Source of the DNA: Candidatus Latescibacterota bacterium
GTDB lineage: Bacteria > Latescibacterota > UBA2968 > GCA-2709665
DNA: 64,000 nucleotides
NCBI GenBank assembly: GCA_965219455.1
Contig: OZ244744.1
Coordinates: 4,448,001-4,512,000, forward strand
Direction: 5' to 3'
Shown: positions 56,709-64,000 of the stretch, one piece after another
Numbering within the stretch: the first letter of the stretch is position 1
How the letters are laid out: each line of letters opens with the position of its first letter
Notes under the pieces: generated by a model
Told to the model about the DNA's origin: nothing
What the model saw: only the letters and a program-made list of their open reading frames with translations
Databases searched by the model: none
Made by a program: the position numbers and the translations under genes

Positions 56709-58103
56709 ATGGCGGATCAGTCCCTCCATTTATTGACGGCGACGGAACTCGCCGCGCTCTACCGCAGCGGGCACGTTTCGCCCGTGGCGGTTACGGAGGC
56801 GTATCTGGATCGGATCCATCGCTATCAGTCCGAAACGAAGGCGTTCATTACGGTAACGGCGGAACGGGCGCGGGCTGACGCAAGAGCGGCGGAACTGGCC
56901 ATTCGATCGGGTAACGATTACGGACCGTTGCACGGTGTGCCTATTGCATTAAAGGACCTGTGCGATACGGCGGGCATTCGCACGACGTCGGGATCCGGGG
57001 CGCGGAAGGACCATGTGCCGACGCGTTCTTCGACGGTGGCGAAGCGGCTGGCGCGCGCGGGCACGGTGTTGTTGGGCAAGACGAATCTGGTGGAATATGC
57101 ATTCGGTCCGTTCGGAATCAACCCGCATTTCGGCACCCCTCCGAATCCGTGGGACGCGGAACGGGTTCCGGGCGGGTCCAGCAGCGGATCCGGCCTGGCC
57201 GTTGCGGCCGGCCTGGCTGCAGCGGCGATCGGAACGGACACCGGCGGGTCGGTACGCATTCCCGCGGCGTTCTGCGGTGTCGTCGGCCTCAAGACCACAA
57301 CGGGCCGCATCGGTACGGCGGGAGTGATGCCGCTTTCGTGGACGCTGGACACCATAGGGCCCATGGCCAGATGCGTTGAGGACGCCGCGCTGATGTATGT
57401 GGCAACCGCAGGCGCGGACGTGGAAGATTCCTCGGCCCTTGATTTGCCGGTCGGCGACGTCATGGGCCTCCTGAAGAAGGATGTCAAGGGCCTGCGACTC
57501 GCGGTGGTCCGTGAGCCGTTCTTCCACGGAGCGGATCCCGAGGTGGTCTCGCTGGTGGAGGACGCGATCGAGGTCCTGGCCGGACTGGGCGTTGACGTGC
57601 GGGAAATGGCGTTTCCCGAGGCGGTACAGGCCGAAAGAGAGGAAGATAACCTGAGGCTTCTGAGGACTGAGGCGGTTGTTGTCCACCGCGAGGCGCTGGC
57701 GGATGCGCCGGATTCATTCGGCCCCGTCGTGCGTGCGCGCCTCGAGGTCGAGCCCGGATTGCTGGCCGTGGATCTGGCCGAAATTCAGCGCAAACGCGCC
57801 GAGATGATGCGGACGACGGCGGTCAGGTTGACCGACGTCGAGGCCGTCGCCGGTCCCACGATGTCGAAGCCCGCGCCTCGGCTGCGTGATCTGGACCGCG
57901 GGGAGCCGACACGCTTGCTTACCCGGCTTGTAAACTGGCTGGGTCTGTGCGCGGTAACCGTGCCCTGCGGGTTTACATCGCAGGGATTTCCGGTCGGGTT
58001 GCAACTGACGGGCAAGCCGTATGACGAAGCGACGATCCTTCGGCTGGCCTATGCGTACGAGCAGGCAACGGACTGGCGCGCATCGCGTCCACCCGGGTAC
58101 TGA
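56709..58103 (+). CDS. Amidase signature family protein (GatA-like)
   Basis: GPLHGVPIALKDL (Lys), LGKTNL.E.A, GGSSSGS, IGTDTGGSVRIPAAFCGVVGLK, PVGLQL.G. Confidence 0.93.
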   Translation: MADQSLHLLTATELAALYRSGHVSPVAVTEAYLDRIHRYQSETKAFITVTAERARADARAAELAIRSGNDYGPLHGVPIALKDLCDTAGIRTTSGSGARKDHVPTRSSTVAKRLARAGTVLLGKTNLVEYAFGPFGINPHFGTPPNPWDAERVPGGSSSGSGLAVAAGLAAAAIGTDTGGSVRIPAAFCGVVGLKTTTGRIGTAGVMPLSWTLDTIGPMARCVEDAALMYVATAGADVEDSSALDLPVGDVMGLLKKDVKGLRLAVVREPFFHGADPEVVSLVEDAIEVLAGLGVDVREMAFPEAVQAEREEDNLRLLRTEAVVVHREALADAPDSFGPVVRARLEVEPGLLAVDLAEIQRKRAEMMRTTAVRLTDVEAVAGPTMSKPAPRLRDLDRGEPTRLLTRLVNWLGLCAVTVPCGFTSQGFPVGLQLTGKPYDEATILRLAYAYEQATDWRASRPPGY

Positions 58104-58240
58104 TGCCCTGTCCCGGGAATACGTCACCACACTTCCGCCTGCCTCGCATGCTTCAGCAGGCAGGCCGGTTCATCCCGTCTCACGGCGTTGGGCCGACCTT
58201 CCGTTAAAACTCAATGCAGAGAAAAAGAGGGGAGCGCGCT

Positions 58241-59827
58241 ATGCTGGTGGGTTACGTGAGTGACGAGCGCTACATTGCGTTATCCGACGTGGCTCTGGAA
58301 TTCAGAGACGCGTCGGGAAACGCGGTGCTCGTACGTTCGTCCGCATCGGGTGCGGTATATGCGGAGGTGACGCCGGGTCGTTACCAGGTGATTCTGGCAA
58401 GGAACGGGTATGGGTCGAAAATCGTCGATATGGAGGTGAAACCGGACGAACCCCGTCAGTTTCGTCTGTTGAAGGACTGTCTTTTGGGTTACGTGTGGCC
58501 CAAGTGCGTGAAGTCGGGCGACCGCTCCGAATTTCGTGTGCATTCACACGAACAGTATAAGCTGGAGCTATGGCGTTACGGCTGGAAAAAGGAACTCATC
58601 AGGCCCGTCGGATGGTACGACGAGCACGGTCCGCGGGCCACCGTCCAGCTGACGCCCGACGGCGATTATACGCAGGTGGGCGCGCAGTGGAACAAGTTCG
58701 GATATACCAGCCCCGGTCACAAACAGCTTGTCACCGCGCCTGAAAGGTCGGGACTTTACTACTTCCACGCCAGGACGGAATCCGGTTTGTTCTTCTCGTT
58801 TCCGTGGGTTGTGGCCCCCGCGGAACCGAGGGCGAAGGTGGCCGTGCTGGCATCGGATATCAACTGGAACTGCTATAACAATTTCGGCGGGCGCAGCAAT
58901 TATATTCACCCGGACAGGATGCCCCCCACACCCACCATCAACGCCCGGCTGGAGTTGAAGCGCTACACCGATCCGGAGCACATCAATTACGACGCGGAGG
59001 AATATCTGCCGCTGTCTTTCGAACGTCCGGAGCCGATAAACGTCGTGCCGGAGGATGAGCAGGTGACCGATCCGATTGAAGGACGGGCGCCCAATCACGT
59101 CGCCCCGGCGGAGTGGCGGCTGATGGGGTGGCTGGAGCGGGAGGGGTTCGAGTACGATCTTTATTCGGAAACACAGCTGCATTTCGGCGCGCTGAACCTG
59201 GACGATTACGCCGTGTTGATTCTGGGACCCCATCCCGAATACTGGTCCGGTAAAATGTATTACGACGTGAAAGATTGGGTTTTCAACCGGGGTGGCAGGT
59301 TGATGTATCTTGGCGGAAACGGGCTGAACTGCGAGGTGGAGTTCGTGGACGAGGAAACGATGATCGTCCAGAACGGAAACCGGCGTCAGCAGCGGGACGA
59401 AGGGTTTGAGAGCCGCATGCATATGCGCCAGGAGTCGGAGGCCAACCTGCTGGGGGTGGTGTTCACCCAGGCAGGCATTATGACGGCGGCTCCGTACCGG
59501 GTCGTCGACGCCGGCCACTGGGCATTCGAGGGCACGGGCCTCGGCGAAGGGGATATCTTCGGCCGGGAGTATCTGCATATGCGAATTCCGGGCGGAGCGT
59601 CGGGGCACGAAACGGATAAGATCTCATCCCGGTTCTCTCCCCCGAACGTCAAGCTGCTTGCCCGCGGGATGAACGAAAACGACGGGGGCGCCCACATGGT
59701 CATTCACGAACCGGCCGGGGGTGGCGCGGTCTTCTCGACGGGTTCTATCACCTACATAAGTTCCCTGCTGGTCAGCGATGAACTTTCCCGGCTCACAGGC
59801 AACGTGGTGAGGCGATTCCTGGAGTAA
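58241..59827 (+). CDS. N,N-dimethylformamidase large-subunit-like protein with N-terminal beta-sandwich
   Basis: SGLYYF, NWNCYNNFGGRSNY, LSFERP, WLEREG..YD, HPEYWS, LMYLGGN, GHETD, GGAVFSTGSI. Confidence 0.75.
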   Translation: MLVGYVSDERYIALSDVALEFRDASGNAVLVRSSASGAVYAEVTPGRYQVILARNGYGSKIVDMEVKPDEPRQFRLLKDCLLGYVWPKCVKSGDRSEFRVHSHEQYKLELWRYGWKKELIRPVGWYDEHGPRATVQLTPDGDYTQVGAQWNKFGYTSPGHKQLVTAPERSGLYYFHARTESGLFFSFPWVVAPAEPRAKVAVLASDINWNCYNNFGGRSNYIHPDRMPPTPTINARLELKRYTDPEHINYDAEEYLPLSFERPEPINVVPEDEQVTDPIEGRAPNHVAPAEWRLMGWLEREGFEYDLYSETQLHFGALNLDDYAVLILGPHPEYWSGKMYYDVKDWVFNRGGRLMYLGGNGLNCEVEFVDEETMIVQNGNRRQQRDEGFESRMHMRQESEANLLGVVFTQAGIMTAAPYRVVDAGHWAFEGTGLGEGDIFGREYLHMRIPGGASGHETDKISSRFSPPNVKLLARGMNENDGGAHMVIHEPAGGGAVFSTGSITYISSLLVSDELSRLTGNVVRRFLE

Positions 59828-59864
59828 GGTTTGCCGCCCACCCGTCTTGTGCGAGGAGCATGGC

Positions 59865-60782
59865 ATGCTTTTTGACACGCATACCAATCTGTTGTGGTAT
59901 CCGGACCATCTGACGGATGAATTCGTCGAGTCCGCACTTGCCGCCAAAAAGGCAAAGATGCGATTGTCGCCCGACGTGTATTTTGCGGACGACTCCCGGG
60001 ACGAGCGCAATGCGTTCGACGCCACACCCGAGCAACTGCTGGTGGCCACCGAAGATTGCGACGGGGCGATCGTGTTCGGTCTGCGGGCGCCGCACGTGGG
60101 AATCGACGTGCCGCAGGAACTGGTTGCCGGATTCGTGAACGAAAACCCGGATCGGTTCTTCGGCTGGAGTTCGGTAAATCCAAACGACGCGGATTGTATC
60201 GACCAGCTGGTATATTGCGTGGAGGACCTGGGGCTGCGGGGGCTGAAGGTGGCCCCGATCTACCAGAATTGGGATCCACAGGATCCGCGGCACCTGCCGT
60301 TTTTCAAAAAAGCGGAATCGCTGGGTATTCCGATGAATATCCATCAGGGCACCTCGTTCGTCCGGTTCGGCCCTTTGAAGTACGCCAATCCGATTCTGCT
60401 CGAGGATATTGCTATTGCGTGCCCGGATCTGCGTATTGTCATTTCTCACATGGGGCATCCGTGGGAGGATGAATGCGTGGTGCTGATCCGCAAGCATCCC
60501 AACCTTTACGCCAACGTGTCTGCCCTCCACTACCGGCCGCGGCGACACTACCAGGCATTCATGTCGGCGGTCGAATATGGCGTGGAACACAAACTGATTT
60601 TCGGATCCGATTTTCCATCGGCCACGGCGGCGCAGGTGATTGCCGGCCTGTGGAAGGTAAACGACGTGGTCAAGGGGACAAATTTCCCGACCATGCCGGA
60701 CGAGATGATCCATAACATCATCTACGAGAACTGGAAGCTGGTCTTTCCGGAGTATATCGGGCCATTGAATCGGGGTTCTTGA
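59865..60782 (+). CDS. Amidohydrolase family 2 protein
   Basis: FDTHTN, PDRF.G..SVNP, LGLRGLK..P.YQ, IHQG, ISHMGHPW, HPNLYA.VSA, LIFGSDFP. Confidence 0.9.
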   Translation: MLFDTHTNLLWYPDHLTDEFVESALAAKKAKMRLSPDVYFADDSRDERNAFDATPEQLLVATEDCDGAIVFGLRAPHVGIDVPQELVAGFVNENPDRFFGWSSVNPNDADCIDQLVYCVEDLGLRGLKVAPIYQNWDPQDPRHLPFFKKAESLGIPMNIHQGTSFVRFGPLKYANPILLEDIAIACPDLRIVISHMGHPWEDECVVLIRKHPNLYANVSALHYRPRRHYQAFMSAVEYGVEHKLIFGSDFPSATAAQVIAGLWKVNDVVKGTNFPTMPDEMIHNIIYENWKLVFPEYIGPLNRGS

Positions 60783-60878
60783 GATGTCGCGGTTTATGCC
60801 GGAGCCCGGCGGCATGGAATGGGGCAAAGTGGATTTTCCTGCGGCGAAATGCGGTGTGCTCAATAAAGAGAGGTCTGG

Positions 60879-62120
60879 ATGAGCCGATTGTACTACAGCG
60901 AAGACGGGCGGGTCATGCCGTCTCTTTGTGAGGAGTTGACCACGTTCCGGCGGGGGCGCAAAACACTCACGTTGCCTGAGACGGACGCGCCCGGGCAGGT
61001 TTATATTCTGGCCCGGCCCTATCCGGAAAACGAAGCCCCGCTTCGGGTGGCCCTGAACGGCGTTGAGGTCGAGGCTCTCAGTCCCGACCGGCCAGGTGCG
61101 TATTCCTGGTCTGAACTTTCGGTGGCGGATCTGAGAGCCGGCGACAATACCTTCGAACTGTGGACCGACGGGACGGCGATGGATGGCTGGTCGCTCGCGA
61201 TGGAAGCCGGCCACGCCGAACCCGACAGCGGGGTCAGTGACGACGGTGGGCAGACCTGGCGGAGTGAGCGGATGGGCTACCTCAATTCCGTTCTGGGTGA
61301 GTACGTGATACGGGTACGGCTGGCCGAGGGAGAGGATCCGCCGCCGCCGCCCATGGTTTGGGAGGTTGCAGAGTCGCCAAGGCTGGTATCGTTGAGGCGT
61401 ATATTGCCGCCCGTGGCAAGAGACCAGGGGCCGCTGATAAATCGGGTCCGCGCGTTATCGGCCTGGCTGGCGTCCAGTTGGGAGCACACCAATTCACTGA
61501 GGGCGGGGCAATATGCACCGTGGGACGCGGAGACCCTGCTCTCCTGGGCTCCCGGACAGGTGGGACACAACGGAAAACGGCCGGTTGCGATGTGCGTTCA
61601 CTATGCGGCGGCTTTCGTGAGTTGCGCTCAGGCGGTGGGCATTCCGGCCCGTTGTGCGGTTCTGACCGAGGCGGTAAACGGATTCAACGGGCATTTCGTG
61701 GCGGAGGTCTGGTTCGATGAGTATGGCAGGTGGGCAGTGGTGGATCCGAACACCGATGCGCTGTTTGTCAAAAACGGGGTGCCCATGTCAATGGCCGACG
61801 TGCGGGCCGCAGGTGAGAATCTGAAGACCCATATTGAATACGGCCCGGGTGCGGAGTACCAGCGGACGTTTCCGCATATGGTTGAATTCGTCCAGGAGAA
61901 TCTGGAGAAGGGCGTGTGTTTCGGGCACCGGAGCGTCTGGTTCCGGAGCGACTTGCTGGGGCGTCCGGAGTTTTCGCCACCCGCTCACGGCTCGCTGAGC
62001 TATTGCGAAACCGGCCTTGTCTGGGAGCAGCGTGATCTGGCGGCGGGGTTTGGGATGTTTCCTTTCTTCGGCGACGAGCGGTACTTCGATGCCGCCCCGG
62101 TCTGTCCTGGCTGGGGTTGA
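60879..62120 (+). CDS. Transglutaminase-like (Cys-His-Asp) domain protein
   Basis: AMCVHYA.AFV..AQAVGIPAR, GHFVAEVW.....RWAVVDP. Asp-box-like SDDGGQTW in the N-terminal half. Confidence 0.75.
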   Translation: MSRLYYSEDGRVMPSLCEELTTFRRGRKTLTLPETDAPGQVYILARPYPENEAPLRVALNGVEVEALSPDRPGAYSWSELSVADLRAGDNTFELWTDGTAMDGWSLAMEAGHAEPDSGVSDDGGQTWRSERMGYLNSVLGEYVIRVRLAEGEDPPPPPMVWEVAESPRLVSLRRILPPVARDQGPLINRVRALSAWLASSWEHTNSLRAGQYAPWDAETLLSWAPGQVGHNGKRPVAMCVHYAAAFVSCAQAVGIPARCAVLTEAVNGFNGHFVAEVWFDEYGRWAVVDPNTDALFVKNGVPMSMADVRAAGENLKTHIEYGPGAEYQRTFPHMVEFVQENLEKGVCFGHRSVWFRSDLLGRPEFSPPAHGSLSYCETGLVWEQRDLAAGFGMFPFFGDERYFDAAPVCPGWG

Positions 62121-62169
62121 AGCGCCGATGGACGGCGTGCGGGCCCTCCGGACGTCGGCCTTTACCGGA

Positions 62170-63087
62170 TTATACCCCGATTGTTTCGATGCCGAGTTTA
62201 TCGAGGGCGGCGCGAATTTCCGCGCGACCCGCTGTGGAAACGTCGACGCGAGGCGGGCGAACCGGTCCGCCGGACAGACCGACGAGGTCCATACCGGCTT
62301 TTATCATCGCGACGTCCCCGTATCTGGCTCTCAACCTTTCCAGGGAGACAAGCTGGCGCTGGATGAGGACCATGGCCTCCCAGTTCTTATCGCAGGCGAG
62401 GTCGAAGAGTTCGAGTTCGTATTCCGGTGCGAAGTTGACGATGCCGGCCGAGAATCCGTCGATGCCCATCTGGAAGCGAAGGTGGAGCACACCCGGGTCG
62501 TGGCGTTTGTTGCCTATCCAGACAAAGCGGTCGCCGAGGGTCTGAATGGCGGCGAAAAGATTATGCGGCGCCCGGCACGGATCCTTGATCCCGATGATAC
62601 GGTCGACCTCCGCGAGCCGGAGATAGAACCCTGCGGGCCAGGCCTGGGTGTTATAGGGCATTAATGCCAGCCCCGAGGCGCCGGCAAGCATTCTGTAGTG
62701 GTTCAGAACACCCTCCAGGTTGTCCGGTACTTCGTTGCGAATATAGGGCGCCATTCCCAGGGCGACCCGGGCGCCCATTCGTTCGTAAGCGGGCGCAAGT
62801 TCCAGGGCGGCGCCGAGATTTTCCGGCAGGGTGGGAATGACCAGCGGCCCGGACCCCGCAATGTCGAATGCGGTCCGGGTGAGTGTTGCAAGTTCGGAAT
62901 TGGAAAGGGCGTTGACCTCACCGGTGCCTCCGCCGATGCTCAACACCTTCACGCCGTGCTCGATGAGAAAGCCCGCGTTCCTTTCCAGCGCGTTCGCGTC
63001 AAGTCGACCGCGGTCTCCCCTTTCGAACGGGGTGACAACAAAGGCATGGGTGTTCTTGAGTTTGTTTTTCAGGTCTTCGGGAAACAT
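62170..63087 (-). CDS. DapA family aldolase/dehydratase (5-dehydro-4-deoxyglucarate dehydratase-like)
   Basis: FVVTPF, GGGTGE..ALS..E, PYN, IIGIKD, IKAGM.LVG..GGPVRPP. Confidence 0.85.
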   Translation of the reverse strand: MFPEDLKNKLKNTHAFVVTPFERGDRGRLDANALERNAGFLIEHGVKVLSIGGGTGEVNALSNSELATLTRTAFDIAGSGPLVIPTLPENLGAALELAPAYERMGARVALGMAPYIRNEVPDNLEGVLNHYRMLAGASGLALMPYNTQAWPAGFYLRLAEVDRIIGIKDPCRAPHNLFAAIQTLGDRFVWIGNKRHDPGVLHLRFQMGIDGFSAGIVNFAPEYELELFDLACDKNWEAMVLIQRQLVSLERLRARYGDVAMIKAGMDLVGLSGGPVRPPRVDVSTAGRAEIRAALDKLGIETIGV

Positions 63088-63197
63088 TTCCGGCTGGCTC
63101 CGTGGAATGCAGGTTGTCGGTTATGGATAAGAACTGAAGCAATATAGTCCGGCACGCGGCCGCGCAAAAATGAAAATTTCGTCCTGAGAGGTGTCCC

Positions 63198-64000
63198 GTG
63201 ATCAAGATTGGAACGCGGATCGATCCGAAATGGCTGGACCGGCCGCAGGATTTGCAGTTCCTGAAGCAGATTGGCGTGGACGTGGTGGATGTGACGCTGG
63301 ATATTTTTCCGGGCTATAAGGAGACCGGAAAACTCGAGCGCGAAAGCGTGGAGGCAGTGGTGGAGGTGGTGGACGGCGCCGGCCTGAAGATCGAACGGGC
63401 GAATTCGACCAGCGACTATTCACGAGCGGTTTTTCTGGATGAACCGGGTGCGGCAGAGGAACTCGATCATCTCGTGGCGAACGTCGCGCTTTGCGGGGAG
63501 TACGGTTTTCCCGTTATCGGGATACAGTGTTTTCAGGCCGCCGGGTTCGGCGGGTTTTCACGAGGTGTTTTCGAGTGGGTGGAGGGCCGTGGCGGGTACC
63601 GGCATCTAAGGGTCGATTTGCGCGACGCGCTCAACAGGCCCGTTCGGGAAGGCGCCCCCACGCCTGAGGAACTCTGGGAACGAACGCTGAAGATTTTTCG
63701 CGCGACGGTGCCGGTTGCCGAAGCCGCGGGCACACGGGTCGCCATGCATGGAAACGATCCGCCCGTGCCCAGCCTGTATGGCGTGCCGCAGGTCTTGTAC
63801 GATTTCGCGGCATTCGATCGGCTGTTCTCAGAGGTGCCGTCACCGGCAAACGGGATGACGTTTTGCGTGGGCACGCGGTACGAGTCGGGCGAAGACGTGT
63901 TCGAGGGAATCCGGCGTTTTGGCGGGCAGGGGAAGATCTTCCACGTTCATTTTCGAAACGTGCGGGGAACCATTCCCGAAACCGGAGGATATGAAGAAGT
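63198..64000 (+). CDS. Mannonate dehydratase (UxuA)-like protein, 3' end outside the window
   Basis: My translation from GTG 63198 gives FLKQIGVD, GRGG, EELWER....VPVAEAAG.RVAMHGNDPPVP, SPANGMTFCVGT, GKIFHVHFRNVRG. Absent from the ORF track because no stop lies inside the window. Confidence 0.85.
   Translation, partial: MIKIGTRIDPKWLDRPQDLQFLKQIGVDVVDVTLDIFPGYKETGKLERESVEAVVEVVDGAGLKIERANSTSDYSRAVFLDEPGAAEELDHLVANVALCGEYGFPVIGIQCFQAAGFGGFSRGVFEWVEGRGGYRHLRVDLRDALNRPVREGAPTPEELWERTLKIFRATVPVAEAAGTRVAMHGNDPPVPSLYGVPQVLYDFAAFDRLFSEVPSPANGMTFCVGTRYESGEDVFEGIRRFGGQGKIFHVHFRNVRGTIPETGGYEE

Noticed and set aside
1-64000. CRISPR array, rRNA, tRNA, integrase, transposase or reverse transcriptase
   Set aside because: I saw no regularly spaced repeats or diagnostic motifs on either strand. 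Short or degenerate elements could have been missed by eye.

Overview
GC-rich bacterial chromosomal window with about 57 genes in standard genetic code 11. The gene style (many Gfo/Idh/MocA, DapA-like, SDR and amidohydrolase genes, a short RpoD-type sigma factor, a TonB-dependent receptor) suggests a diderm of the FCB group such as Latescibacterota; this is an impression, not a computed assignment. Layout: (1) 1-12.1 kb is housekeeping: scpA-scpB-cmk-plsC-rpsA, mtaB, a TPR/SPOR gene, mutS and a long RelA/SpoT homologue. (2) 12.5-22.8 kb holds catabolic genes, lepB, and an orphan IorA-like gene next to a DASS transporter. (3) About 22.9-32.8 kb is a largely AT-richer, all-plus-strand defence island: a GmrSD-type DUF262/HNH nuclease, an MmeI-like single-chain restriction-modification enzyme, a DUF5677-like protein, a GNAT gene, a PD-(D/E)xK nuclease with a probable EVE/PUA-like C-terminus, a higB remnant with intact higA, and a second, broken GNAT copy. 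(4) 33-64 kb is mixed metabolism: an SDR triplet with a tandem duplication, gcvPA/gcvPB, a sigma factor with a roughly 470-nt structured leader, ferritin plus a FecA-like receptor bracketed by MITE-type ends, an amidase/dimethylformamidase-like/amidohydrolase/transglutaminase-like cluster, and a partial uxuA-like gene. I found no rRNA, tRNA, CRISPR array, integrase or transposase. The best candidates for undescribed biology are the defence island (the RM plus DUF5677 pair and the nuclease-EVE fusion) and the switch-like non-coding leader upstream of the sigma factor. All family calls come from motif recognition by eye; no database searches were run.
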